From the human T2T-CHM13v2.0 reference genome, Homo sapiens: a DNA stretch of 64,000 nt. Both the position numbers and the translations under genes were made by a program. Positions 41,008 through 54,200 of the stretch are shown piece after piece (the stretch's first letter is position 1; each line of letters opens with the position of its first letter). The stretch lies in NCBI RefSeq assembly GCF_009914755.1, contig NC_060927.1; one strand, given 5' to 3'. The notes beneath the pieces are model-generated. The model saw only the letters and a list, made by a program, of their open reading frames with translations, was not told the origin of the DNA and searched no databases.

Positions 41008-41440
41008 CAGGTTTGCAGTGCTTAATGATGGGGATACATTCTGAGAAATGTGTCCTTAGGTGATTTCATCATTGTGAAACCTCATAGAGTGTTCTTACAC
41101 AACCTAGATGGCACAGCCTACTACACACCTAGGCTATATGGTATGGCCTAGTCCTCCTAGGCTACAAACCTGTTCAGCATATGACTGTACTGAACACTGC
41201 AGGCACTTAATCACAATTATTCCCTTGGTTTCCTCCATATACAGTTATTCCAAATCAATAAGAAAAAAACATGAACAACTCAAAATAAAAATGTCCAATT
41301 AATTTGACCAGGTAGTAGATATTTGTGTATCTAAACATAACATAGAAAAGGTACGGTAAAAATATGGTATTATCATCTTATGGGACCACCATCATATATG
41401 TGGTGTGTCATTGACCGAAATGTCATAATGCACATTACTA
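41008..41440 (-). mobile_element. Tigger3a (MER7A; TcMar-Tigger) with a 99-bp foreign insert
   Basis: GGGGATACATTCTGAGAAATG...CCTACTACACACCTAGGCTATATGGTAT...TATTTGTGTATCTAAACATA...CTTATGGGACCACC...TTGACCGAAA. Confidence 0.88.
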
Positions 41441-41587
41441 TAAATGTTTTTAAAGTGAATAAAAATTATTGAAGTATTCTTGTTCCTTAAAGTCCACCAG
41501 TGAGGGATTTGTTAAACAGATTATAATTAAGACACATCCATATGATGGAAGCCTATGCAGCCATCAAAAAGAATGTGGCAGCTCTAC

Positions 41588-41914
41588 GGCCAGGCACAGT
41601 GGCTCATACCTGTAATTCCAGCACTTTGGGAGGCCAAGGCAGGTGGATCACTTGAGGCTAGGAGTTCAAGATCAGCCTAGGCAACATGGCAAAACACCGT
41701 CTCTACTAAAAACACAAAAATTAGCTGGGTGTGGTGGCATGTGCCTGTAATCCTAGCTACTTAGGAGGCTGAAGTGGGAGGATCACCTGAACCAGGGGAG
41801 ACTGAGGCTGCACTAAGCTGTGATCACTCCACTGCACTCCAGCCTGGGTGACAGAGTGAGACCCTGTCTCAAAAAAAACAAACAACAAAACAAGACAAAA
41901 ACAACAACAAAAAA
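41588..41914 (+). mobile_element. AluJ
   Basis: Full dimer; TSD-like GTGGCAGCTCTAC / GTGGCATCTCTAC. Confidence 0.93.
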
Positions 41915-42023
41915 GTGGCATCTCTACATGGACTGATATGATAAGGAACAATCCCCAAGATATTTTGGTAGGTGCAATAAAGGATGTAGGGTATGTTACT
42001 TTTTATGTAAGAAAGAGGGAGTA

Positions 42024-42169
42024 AGCCAGGTGTGGCAACTCTTACCTGTAATCCCAGCTGCTCAGGACGATGAAGTGGGAGGATCACTTGAGGCCAAGAG
42101 TTCAAGAGCAGCCTGGGTTAATGTAGCAAGGGTCCCTCTTAAAAAAATTTTTTTTAAATAAAAATAAAA
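42024..42169 (+). mobile_element. Alu monomer (FLAM-like)
   Basis: GCCAGGTGTGG...CCTGTAATCCCAGC...GGAGGATCACTTGAGGCCAAGAGTTCAAGAGCAGCCTGGG. Confidence 0.85.
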
Positions 42170-42287
42170 ATCTGGAATTAAAAAAAAAGAGGGGGTATAG
42201 AATATCTGCTGGTACCTGCATATGTTGTCTCTGACAAAGATGCTCAAGAAACTGGTACATGGTTTTGCCATGTTGCCATGCCCTGGG

Positions 42288-43265
42288 GAAGGTTCTGGGT
42301 GATGACCGAGGGTGAACTGTGGAGACAGTGGGGATGGAGAGCTGCCTGCTACACTTCCTGCTTTGTGGGCAGCTATAAAGTGGGGGGTCGGGGGGCAGGA
42401 TCAAGGCCAAGGCTGATCTCTGGGTAGGTTGAGTGGTTTTGTTTCCCAACATGAAGCTTTGCCCCCCTAGACGTCTTCGTGCCCTGGGGGATGGAGTGGA
42501 AAGGAGACTGGCTTTTCACTGAAATGTTTCATTTAAGTATTTTTTGCATGTATTACTACATGCATGTATTACTGTTTGTAAAATATTATGTTTAAAACTA
42601 ATTTCTGAGTGGGGAGCTGAGAAGCCTGATTTCTAAGAGCCTGCTGTGGCACTCAGGATGACTCCCCGTGTGACTTCAGGAAGGCAGGTGTCCCTTCTGA
42701 GCCTCAAGGTCCCCTCTATCAAGAAGCATAAGACGAGTACTAAGACTCCTTACAACTCTGATGCCATACCAGCTCCAGAACCTTCTCCCTGGAAGAGCCA
42801 CTTAGATATGGAATGGCTGCTGGGGAGGTAGGGACTCCCTGTCCTTGGGCTCATGGGAGCAGGGCTGAGGGTAAACTGCCTTGCATGACTTCTAAAATCC
42901 CTCCCAGCTCGGCAGTGTGCTGTTCCTTCTTCATTCTCCCATTCCCAGTGCCCTGCCTGGAAACTCTTAGTTCATATTTCCTCTCTAGGTTACCCCTGGC
43001 AATGGTCTCGTCTGTCTGGGTTGGAGGTCAGTCCTGTGGTGTGGGGACAGATGACACAGCACTGGGCGCCCACGTGGGGCGGGGACATCTAGGGGAACAA
43101 AGCGTCATGTTGGGAAACAAAACCGCTCACCCCACCCAGAGATTAGCCTTGGCCTCCGTCCCGCCCCCTGCACTTTATAGCTGTCCACAAAGCAGGAAGT
43201 ATAGCAGGCAACTCTCAGTTCCCATTGTCTCTGCAGTTCACCATCGGTCATTACCCAGAACCTTC
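42288..43265. repeat. Inverted repeat, arms 42288-42475 and 43084-43265
   Basis: Manual alignment gives ~24 substitutions plus one 6-nt indel over ~182 nt. Also visible as similar peptides in ORFs 42102..42452(-) and 42813..43394(+). Confidence 0.95.
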
Positions 43266-44468
43266 TGTGACTCCCTACTGCCCACCAAACCAGGTAGACA
43301 CTCTTCAGGGGACATTCAAGCTCCTGTACTTTCTGGCCTCAATTTGTCCCTTCTAGCTCTTCACTCTGTCCATTATTGTCCCTTATCAAAGTAATTTTCA
43401 ACAATACACATTCGATCACATCCCTTCCCTGCTCTAAACGCTTCTGTAGCTCCTATGTCCTGTGTAATAAAGTCCAAGCTCCTTAGGAACTAGCATTTGC
43501 CTCCCTGCTTAGCTCTATCTTCAACTATGTCTCTCAAAATTAGGCTAAACCTAATGCTTTTCAAGCACACTGTACTATTTCATATCATTGTGTATTAGCA
43601 CATACTATTCCCTTGGTTTCCTCCATATATAAAGAGTTATTCCAAATCAATCAAAAACAAAAAAAATGAACAACTCAAAATAAAAATGTCCAATCAATTT
43701 GACCAGGTAGTTCAGTGAAAAAGAAATACAAATGGCCTGTAAACATTCAAAAAGATGTACGACCTTACACAGAAACACAAATCAAATGATAATCTCATTT
43801 TCATCCATCAAATGGGCAAAAATTCATAGAAAGCTCATGTCTCTTTGTATATTAGCTGAAGTCCAAACCCATCCTTTAAATCCAGCTCTAAAAATGTCAC
43901 CTCCTCTAGACGTCATCTTCTTGGCTCCCACAGTGTCCTGTACATCTTGAGACAGTGGGGCCAGGTACAGAGCAGAAATTCTATAGATGTTAGCTATTAT
44001 TAATAAAAATAACAGCTACCATGCTGTTCTGTGGTCATCAGCTAATGGTTCTGTCCACCTGCCCAGAAGGTCCCTGAAAGCAGGAATAGAGTCTGCTTCA
44101 TCACTGCTTTACTAGGACGAGCACAGGGCCTGCTACAGAGCCATGCCCTGTAAGCAGACAGGTGAGGTATATGCAGCAGAGGGAAGGCTGAAGCCAGGAG
44201 CCAGCCCTCAAGGGCTGCCCTGCTGGGGAGAGTAGGCACTGTGGAGGGGAGGGCTGAAGGAGGGCCAGTTGGTGGGCACAGCCCCAGGCTTGCAATAAAC
44301 ACAACTTCCATGAACTGGTACCCACTTTGTGTCAGAGAGCACTGTGCCAGATACTTTATCCAAACTATCTCTATTCCTGCAGATTCTTTGAGATGGGTGG
44401 TGTGCCCTCCATTTTACAGGTGAGAAAACAGAGGCTCAGGAATGGGGAGTGACTTACCCAAGTGAGTC

Positions 44469-44778
<310 letters not shown>

Positions 44779-45293
44779 TAAGTGAGTTCTTATCATTACC
44801 CCACACTGCCTGTGCTGGCTTGTGGGCACTTGATAGATGCATGAGGTTGGACATTTCATGTTCCCTATCTGGAACTCTGCTCTCCCGTCTGAGAAATGGC
44901 TCTATATTAGGGGTTTCTCAAACTTAAGAACTGATGGGCCTCTAAGAATACAGTTCCCAAGCTCCATCAGGCCCCACCTTTTAGAAACACTGCATCCAGT
45001 GGTAAACGCTGCTACACTGGAAGGTCCTGTGATGACCACATGTTCATAAAGAAAAGGCAGCCACGAACATCAGGGAGCAGAGCTCAGTTGGTAGAGGGTC
45101 GTCCAGATGACCTGCAGCATGCTTTTGTTAAAATGGGGGAGGAGTTTTCGTCTTCACGAAAATGATGTTTAAAAATGTATTGTCTTGGCCTTAGCTGGAG
45201 TGGTCAAAAATAATAATAAATATTGTCAAATGATTTTTTACAAGGTGCCAAGACAATTCATTGGAAACAATCATTTCTTTAACAAGTAGTGCT

Positions 45294-45620
45294 GGCCGAG
45301 CGCGATGGCTCACGCCTGTAATCCCAGCACTTTGGGAGGCTGAGGCGGGCGGATCACCTGAGGTCAGGAGTTCCAGACCAGTCTGGCCAACAAGGTGAAA
45401 ACCCATCTCTACTAAAAATACAAAAATCAGCCAGGCGTGGTGGTGTGCACCTGTAATCTCAGCTACTCCAGAGGCTGAGGCAGGAGAATCACTTGAACCC
45501 GGAGGCAGGGTGGGGGGTGGCAGAGGTTGCAGTGAGCTGAGATCTAGGCACTGTGCTCTAGCCTGGGTGACAGAACAAGACTCCATCTGGAAACAAACAA
45601 ACAAACAACAACAACAAAAA
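45294..45620 (+). mobile_element. AluSx-like
   Basis: Full dimer; TSD AACAAGTAGTGCT. Confidence 0.95.
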
Positions 45621-45918
45621 ACAAGTAGTGCTGAGACAACTGGCTATTTATACACAAAAGGATACATTTGGGCCCATGCTTCCCACCATACACAAAAATT
45701 AACTCAAATTAATCAAAGACCTAAATGAAAGAGTTAAAACTATAAAAATCTTAGACAAAAACATAAGAAGAAATCTTTGTGACCTTGGGTTATACAATGA
45801 TTTCTTAGATACAACACCAAAAGCATAAGCAAGAGAATTACAAATTCATAAATTGGACTTCATGAAAATTAAAAACTTTTGCACTTCAAAAGACACCATC
45901 AAGAAAGTAAAAAGATAA

Positions 45919-46153
<235 letters not shown>

Positions 46154-46679
46154 TCAATAACAAGGAGACAATACAATTTTTAAATGGGCAAAAGGTTTGA
46201 ATACACATTTCATCAAAGGAGACATATGAATGGCCAATAAGCACATGAAAAGATGTTCCACATCAAAGAAATGCAAATCAAAACCACAATGAGATATGAC
46301 TTCCCACCCACTAGGACAGCTAGAAGCAAAAAGCCAGACAATAACAAATGTGGGACAGGATGTGGAGAAATGGAAACCCTCACACACCACTGGTGGGAAC
46401 AAAAAGATGCAGCCACTTTGGAAAACAGTTTGGCCATTTCTAAAAAGTTAAACAGAGAGTTACTATGTGACCCAGCAATTCCACTTCTAGGTATCTACTA
46501 AAGAGAAATGAAAACATATGTCCACATCAAATCTTGTATGCAAATATCCATAGTAGTAGTATTTACAATAGCCAAAAAGTGGAAATGACCCACATGTCCA
46601 TCAACCGGGGAATGGATAAACTAACTACAGTGTATCCATACAATGGAATGTTATTATTCAGCAGTAAAAAGGAATGAAA

Positions 46680-46814
46680 GACCAGGCGCAGTGGCTCATG
46701 CCCAACATTTTGGGAGGCTGAGGCGGGAGTGTCACATGAGGCCAGGAGTTCAAGAACAGCCTGGGCAACAAAGTGAGACCCCTGTCTCTACCAAAAAAAA
46801 AAAAAAAAAAAAAA
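46680..46814 (+). mobile_element. Alu left monomer (FLAM-like)
   Basis: GACCAGGCGCAGTGGCTCATGCC...CCCTGTCTCTAC poly-A; TSD AAAAAGGAATGAA. Confidence 0.88.
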
Positions 46815-47169
46815 AGGAATGAAGTACTGATACATTCTATTCTATAACATGGATGAACCTTGAAAAACTTCACGCTAAGTGAATAAAGCTAGACACAAAA
46901 GGACACGTGTTGTATGATTCCAAAAGGATATGAAATGCTCAGAAAGACATATCTACAGAGACAAAAAGTGGTTGTTGAGGACTTGGGATGGCACAAGGGA
47001 CTGAGGGAAAATGGGTATGTGGTTTATTTTCAGGGCCATGGAAACGATTAAAAATAAAATTGTGATGGTTACAGGATTCTGTAAATATAGTAATAATAAC
47101 CGAATTGTACACTTAAAATGAGTGAATTTCATAGAGTAAAGTATCCCTCAATAAAGCTTTAAGAAAACA

Positions 47170-47575
47170 CGTGATGACTAAATGAAACATAAGATCCTAG
47201 GTTGGGAGGAAAGCTTGGTAAAAAGGACATTACTGGGACAACAGGCGAAATGTGACTTTTAAGTTAGTTGTATTTTAGATCCTAGTATCATGTCCATGTT
47301 AAACTTCCTGAATTTGACTAATGGACCATGGTTATGTAAGAGAATGTCCTTGTTCTTAGTAATTATGTACTGGAGCAGTATTTAGGGGTGAAAGTTACAT
47401 ATGGCATGTTTGCAGTGACATCTCAAATGCTTCTAAGGGAAAAATCGGTTTTTAAGAGAAAGCAAAATTTGGTGGAATGTTATTAGTGATGAGTCTGGGT
47501 GAATGGTACACGGGAGAATTTTGTTTTGTATTATTGTTGTAACTCTTCTTTAAGATTGAAATCACTTCAAAATAA
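47170..47575 (+). mobile_element. L1MC4/5- or L1ME-like 3' fragment
   Basis: AAAAGGACATTACTGGGACAAC...ATGTTAAACTTCCTGAATTTGA...GGTTATGTAAGAGAATGTCCTTGTTCTTAG. Confidence 0.75.
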
Positions 47576-49114
47576 CTTACAACTCTTAAAGAATCCACAC
47601 ATTTAAAAAATTATTGTTGGGACCTTGAATAAATCTATAGACCCTGAATGGAGAAAAAGCCCTGAGCTAGTTGTGAACAGAGTTCCTAGAGAGGGTGCCC
47701 CTGCTCATCATGTCTGTTGCACCCCAAAGAGAAGACAAAGACACAGCCAGAGGGTAGGGTGAGAGCATGTGTCTGTATATGCCATAGCTTGCATTCATTC
47801 AGTCATTTACCCAACAAATATTTCCTGGGTGCCATCATGTGCAAGGGTAATCAGCTGTGAAGCAGAGATGATCAAATCCCTGCCCTCAGGTGTTGAGATG
47901 CAGCTGGGGGCCGGGGGAGCGCTCTGCAGGAGGGGGAAGCCGATGTGGAAACCCCTCAGCTACACCCAGGCCCCAGCCTCCCACCAGATCTGGAGCCTTG
48001 GAGGGCAGGGATTTGTGTCTGAATCACCTCTGTGCACTCTCCCCGCCTCCCTCCTCCCTCTCCTTGGATTATAAGGAAGTCAAACTGTCTCCACACAGCA
48101 AAGAGCTTTTGACCGCTGGGGCCCACAGGCTTCGAAAGGCCCAGAGCAGGGACAGGGCATCTATGCAGGGCCACTTTCCACCAGCAAAGCTCAGAACGGA
48201 ATCAGCAAGAGTAGGTGGGAGGGAGGGTGGCTGGGGGCTGTCCAGGTGAGGGGCTGCAGGGATGGAGGGAAGCATTATCAAGGGGGGAGGCTAATTCACC
48301 TCCCACCAAAAACCCAGCATCGGGCCAGCCACAGTGCTGGCCACGCAAATATCCACGAGGTAGCCTCCACCTCCACCAGTAAGCCCTTGACTCCTGGGAG
48401 CTGCTCAGGGACTCCAGCTCCTGGAGGTTACACGGATTCCCAAGCTGGGAACCCCTGAATTATTTTAGGGGATCTCTCATCCCGTATGTGCAGCCAACAC
48501 TGCTGGTAGACCAAACAAATACTATGTTTCACACGTGAACATCTTTCAAACCAAAATAGAAGCTGCTTTGATAAATAAAATTCACAGACTCCAAAGTTAT
48601 CTAAAAATTGGTTCTTAACAGCTTCCTGTCATCCTGTAGTTTTTCAATCTTGGATATTAACCCTTGTGTGTGGGGTTAATATGGCATGGGGGCAGGGGGT
48701 GTCTCATAATTTCTGATGATAAACAGGTCTCTTCCCTTTACTTGAAAAGCCCGGGAGTGCAAATGGAGTTCCCATACTTCACGGTGTGGGGGAAGGATCA
48801 GAGGATGAGGCCTGTACTGCTGGACCTCGGGTGGAGACCGCAGCCCAGGGCTCCCTGCTCTGCAGGGCTCTGGAAGATGAGGGGATCTGGGGGCCCAGAG
48901 CCAGGCACCCCAGTGTTACTGGCCTGCCTGCCCCCAGCAGACCAGCAGTCCTCCAAGGCAGCAGCTGGGCCAAGGCTGAGTCTCTCAGGAGTCCTGGGCA
49001 GTCAGCACGTAGCTGGGTGACCACGGAGGCAGGCAGGCAGGAGGCGCCTGGACAAGGGGGCTGACATTCACAGCAGGCTGGGCTGGCTGAGGGCTTTGAG
49101 CCCAGCTCTCCACC

Positions 49115-49245
49115 TGCTAGCTGTGTGGCCACTGAGCACTCAGGATGTGGCTGGGGTGATGGAGACTGAGTTTTTCATTTTGTGAATTTTAATCAGTGAA
49201 CATTTAAATAGCCACCTATAGCTGGTGGCTACTGCTCTGGGCAGC
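49115..49245 (+). mobile_element. MER3 (hAT-Charlie) fragment
   Basis: TGTGGCCACTGAGCACTCAGGATGTGGCT...TTTAAATAGCCACCTATAGCTGGTGGCTAC. Confidence 0.8.
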
Positions 49246-49619
49246 CTGGCTCTGGAGGCTTCGTAGGGACGGGGAATGGAAATGGCCCTGAAGGTGAGCC
49301 AGCCAGCTTAGCTCCCCCTCCCTTCTCAGCAAGGATTTGAGGGTCCCCCTTGCAGAGCAAAGGCTGCAGTGTCTGGACAAGCCTCAGCTCCCTCCCTGGT
49401 CCGGTCCAGGCATCTGCACACATCACAGCACACAGAGTGCCACTGCCCAGAGCAGTGCACACAAAACCAGGTACTCTGTCTGATATGAGCAACTTAAGGG
49501 CTCTTCAAGGGGAATTTTATGATAGTAACTTTTTGACTTTGTATATAATGACTTTAGAGCTTACTCCCCTCACCCCAACCTGTGTGAAATAACAGCCCAG
49601 CAAAATCCTAATGATACGT

Positions 49620-50173
49620 ATCTTGTGATTGCCAAATATGACCACAAATTCCTCCCATCCTGGTACCCAGGCCTCTCCTGGGTAGCCCCCTCCTCCCACC
49701 TGAGCTGGGGGCTACTTCCCCTCCCCTTGGGCATACGACTTTCCTTTCAGGAGAAGGTGGCAGAGGTGATGGCTGTGCCTCAAGAGGCCTCACGGCTTCT
49801 GGTTCATTCTAGAAGTGCAGCCTCAGATGCCATGTGGAAGGTGTGATTGGGGCACGTGGAGGGAACTGAAGGGACCCCGGTGTGAGAGGCTTGTCTGCCA
49901 TTGTGGGGGCCATGTGGAGGGAACTAAGGGGACCCCCATGTGAGGAGGCTGGTCTACCATTGTGGTGGGGGCACATGGAGGGGCCTGAGCTGCCTGGCCG
50001 CCAGCCAGCATCCACTGGCAGACATGGGAGTGGGGCCTTCTTGGAACTTCCAGCCCAGCTGAGCATAGCCAAGGGCAACCAGCACAACTGCCCAGATCTT
50101 CCAAACACACAATCACGTGTTTTAAGACACTATGTTCTGTGTAGTTTGTTACACAGCAAAATCTAACTGAAAC
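49620..50173 (+). mobile_element. MLT1 (ERVL-MaLR) solo LTR
   Basis: CCACAAATTCCTCCCATCC...GCCATGTG...TGTTTTAAGACACTATGTT...GTAGTTTGTTACACAGCAAAATCTAACTGAAACA. Confidence 0.8.
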
Positions 50174-53165
50174 ACACGCGCACACAGCCCCCACTCTAGA
50201 GACTGCCAGCTGGTGTTGCAGTTCAGGGCCCACCCACGGCCCCAGGAGGCAGCAGCACACCCGGAAGCACTGCCTGGGCCCAGGGGCAGGGGCATGAGCA
50301 GTGTCCATGGGCCGCTGGGGAACTCTACCTTTTAAACAGAGCAGAAACCCACGTGGAGCCCAGAGACAGGCCGTCTTTGGCAGATGCCTGGGGTCTGTGC
50401 TCTGGGCCGGGCTCTGACTGGCGGAGCCCCTGCAGCCTGGCCTCTCCTGACATGTTTGCAGTCAAAATCACAAAGCTCTGCTACCGGCGGGTATCTCTCT
50501 CCCCATTTTATAGATGAGGAAACAGATTCAGGAGCAGGAGACACTTGTCCAAAGTCGGTTTTGCTAGGCTTTGTCCTCCTCCAGGTCTTTTTGGCCCCCA
50601 TCCCTGCAGTGGTAGGGGTGCCCCTAATTCACAAGGGTGGAGTGCAGGAGAGGAAGCTGGCAGGGGCTGCATGAGACTGTGGGGAGGGAATCACGTGTCT
50701 TCATGCAGACAGAGCCCAAGGCACTTAGGGTCGGGGGACAGAACCCCTAGGAAGAGGGTCAGGGGAGCTGCAGCAAGGACTCTGTCTCCAGCTGGTATGC
50801 GGGATCCAGACAGAGCAGGTGGGGCTGGCTCTGTAACTGGCCTGTCGGCCGTTCTAAACATCCAGAGAACTGAGTAGTGGGGACGCCAGCTGTGGGCCCA
50901 GCTGCCCCTGGGAGGAGGGCAGAGGCCAGCCTGGCTCTCTACCTGCCCCACCCACTGCACCGGTCCACCCTCCGTGTCTCTAAGGAAAGCTAGGTTCTAG
51001 GTCTCAATTCTGATGCTGCCACTTTCTGGCTGGCAAGGAACTTGCGCGAGTCACTTGGCTTGCCTCAGTTTCCCCCCCTGCAAGATAGGGCAGATATTCC
51101 TGTTGGACAGGATTTATTGTGAGAATGGAATGAGATCATAGTTGGGACCATACTCCTACACACATTAGAGCTTATCACCCATTTCGCACTTGAAAAACAT
51201 CCCGTTTTCTTTGCTGCTGCTTGAAAGCCTCCGCAGGCCACCCACTCCTCACTTCTGGGTCTGCCTATCTCTGCGGTTTCTGTGCTTGCAGATGAAATGT
51301 AATTCTTGGCTGTTGGAAGTTTGGGGCTGAGCCCAGCCATCCCTCCCTGTCTCTGGGGCCCCACCCGTACCCCGCCCCAGAGTCCAGAGCCCCCAGCACG
51401 TCCAGCTTACCAATGGAGCCCACCCTTCCCCGGAGCAAGGTCACAGAATCCCCTGTCCTGTGGGAGGAGAGCTTGGTGATTTCTCAAAGTCCTTGCAGCT
51501 CTGACCTTCTAAGCCTGCACTCCTCTAGGAAGCCAGGTGAGAGAGCAGAGGAACTACCCTTCCATAAGCCCACCCCAGGAACCCCAGGGAGGGGCCAGGT
51601 GCCTGGCCTTCTGAGTGTCTGTACCTGAAGATGAAACGGGGTTACTTAGGTACTTCTTGGCAGTTCTGAAGTTCAGGACTGAACCTAGCTGCCTCTCCTG
51701 GCTATGTCCGTCCATTACCATCACCACCTTGTCACCCTCCGTCTGGGGTCTGAGGCCAAGCTGGACACCTCTCCTTCCCGCGTCGAAGCTCAGAGGTGAG
51801 CCTCAGCTGACCCTCCCTCCAGCAAATGTTTAGAGAATGAGGTAAGCATCCTCCACCAGTGACCGTCAGGCTGTCCACTGTCCAACCCAGACGTCCTCTC
51901 TGAGAGTGCTGCCATTAGTCTCCAAACCCTCTGTCCTTTGAGCCTGAATCCCCAGGGGGCTGTTCATACTCCTCTTCCCTCTGCCACCTGGCTGGCCCCC
52001 ATCTTTGCTAGCCACCTCCTTCTTGCTCTCAGTTCCCCTCCTCAGGGAGGCCCTCACTGACCACCGCCAAGTCGCTCCCCACTGCAGCCTCCTGCTTCAT
52101 TTTCCTGACCGTGATGTTGGAAATGCTCGTTTGTGTGTTTGTTTACTTGTCACCTCTCTGCCTCCCCCAACCCCCAAATGCCAGCTCTGTGAGGGAGGGG
52201 GTCTCACGCTGGTGTCCTCACTGCTTTGAGCGGTGCTGGGCACACAGTCAATATTAGTTGGTCGAGTTACTGATAGAACAACGCTCTTGATCCGGCTCCA
52301 GGGCAGAAAGGGGAGCTCACAGAGGAGGGGATATCCAGCTAACCCAGTGGGAACCAGACACGCTGGCAAACCCCATCCCACGGGCTAGGCTTTCAGTTAA
52401 CCCTCTCATTCATGCATGAGGGGGTGCTTATTAAGCCATTTTCCAGATAAGGCAATGGAGGCCCAGAGAAGTGAAGTGACTTGCACAAGGCCACATGGCT
52501 TGTATGCTGCAGAGCTGGGTCTTGGCCTGGCTTTCTGAGATCGACAGCCCTTTTCCTCTCCAGGGTTCCAAGGCTGTGATTCCGAGAGATCACCACACAG
52601 GGAAGGAATCCTGACAGCCTGTGAAGTGCCTGGCACTGGGTCAGGTTATTTGCCAAGGTTTGTTCATGTGCCTGCTCTGTCTTCATAGGTCTATTTTACA
52701 GATGTCAAACTGAGGCCCAGAGAGGCCTGGTGACTCGCCCTAGGTCACACAGTGCGGTGACAGCCAATCCAGGACCGGTGCCCGGACTGCCACACCTCTC
52801 CATGTGGTGGCGGTGAAGCTAAATGGCCTGCTGCCTTGATTTCCCCTTTGTGCCATGAGGGTGTGGGCAGGCTGATTTCTGACATGGTGTAATGTCATCA
52901 GGGAGGCGGGACCTTGCCTGAGAAGCCTTAGGGCTGAAAAGGGAAGCGCAGAGTGGCTGTTTCCCCATCCTGCCCGCTCTCCGCCCTGGCCCTGAGCCAG
53001 GTGGGCGGCCAACTCCCTTTGACCACTTCCTGGGGTAACTCCCCCGGAAATGCCCCAGATGCCCGCAGCCCAAGTATAACTCCAACTTCCAGGCTCAGGA
53101 CCCTCATCCCTCACCTCCTCCTGCCAAGATCACCCCAAGCAGAAACCAGTAGGCATAATAATTAG

Positions 53166-53173
53166 TATGTGTG

Positions 53174-53204
<31 letters not shown>

Positions 53205-53209
53205 ATGTA
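53166..53209. repeat. Compound (TG)n/(TA)n microsatellite
   Basis: 44-nt alternating purine-pyrimidine tract. Confidence 0.95.
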
Positions 53210-53454
53210 CTTTGCTGATTAGATATTTTATCAGATATCTTATCTATATAAGGAAACAACAACAAAAGTGAAGCTGACAGTGCGTTGAGAGCCGGGCTTT
53301 AGCACACCACAGCTCTATGTCTTAGGATCCCTCCTCTCTGCCAGTGTGGCGCCCGCCTCCTACTCCCATCCTCTGCCTCCAGTCTCCTCTGCCAGCCTGT
53401 CCTCCATCCAAGCTCCCTAGGCATCCTCTTCAAACTCTTTGCTGATTGCTGTAA

Positions 53455-53650
53455 GGCAGTGGAGCATGTGGTTAAGATTCTGGGCTTCAGGTCAAGCTGA
53501 TTTGGGATTTGAGGACATTTGCTAACAGTGTGACCTTCGGCAAGTGACTGTGTCTCCCTAAGCCTCAGTTTTCTCATCTGCAAAATAGGGATCATAACAA
53601 ACTCTACCTCACGGGGCTGACCCGAAGGGATGATGCATAGCAGAACACAT
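53455..53650 (+). mobile_element. MIR SINE
   Basis: GTGTGACCTTCGGCAAGTGAC...AGCCTCAGTTTTCTCATCTGCAAAATAGGGATCATAAC. Confidence 0.88.
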
Positions 53651-53734
53651 GGCTCAGCTGGCCAGCCGGCAGGTCTTAGCAGGTCATAGTGGCGGAATGA
53701 CCAGCCCACAAGTCTTAGCAGGTCGCAATGGTGG

Positions 53735-54200
53735 ATGCAGGATGTTTCTGCCTGACCAGCCTCCATTCTCACTTCCGGTAAGACACCCCAATTTTCTTTG
53801 GGGAATCCAATCCTCCATTCTCAGTCCATCTAATTTGGGTCAGCTACCTCCAGGGGTGAATGCAGTACCGAGCTTGGTCTATCAGAGAGAGTAGTTCATC
53901 CCCCCTGCTCAAGTGACTGGTCCAGGGATGGGTATGTGGTCTAAGCTAACCATGGAGAGTCGATTCTGTCAGAACAGTTTCTGCCTGGATATGACAAATG
54001 TCGACCTGGAGCTGTTGGGGCCATCTGGGCAGAAAGGCTGTCCGGGAATGAAGTCAAAGAGATGGAAGAAGAGAAAAAGAGGCCGGCGTCTGGGGTCATG
54101 GTTTGAGCCCCCGAATCCAACTGTACCTGAAGCCCTGTCTGTTTCAGAAACAGAAGGCAATAAATTCAGCCTTTGCCTTAAGCCCGTCAAGCCAGTCTGG
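53735..54200 (+). mobile_element. MLT1J/K/L-like LTR
   Basis: GTGACTGGTCCAGGGATGGGTATGTG...TTTGAGCCCCCGAATCCAACTGTACCTGAAGCC...CAATAAATTC...CTTAAGCC. Confidence 0.7.

Larger units (their letters stand above)
40050..42600 (+). mobile_element. Fragmented L1ME-like element hosting Tigger3a, Alus and a templated insert
   Basis: AAAATTAAAACTATG...CAAAGGATATGAACAAGCAG...CAGCCATCAAAAAGAATG...CAAGAAACTGGTAC...GGAGACTGGCTTTTCACTG. Confidence 0.7.

Noticed and set aside
48654-48682. Hairpin ATATTAACCC-N9-GGGTTAATAT
   Set aside because: A 10-bp stem is weak evidence, possibly part of an old DNA-transposon remnant, and too short for a pre-miRNA.
50332-50601. WRRTK peptide reminiscent of RPL39
   Set aside because: Five-residue coincidence; the flanks do not resemble RPL39.
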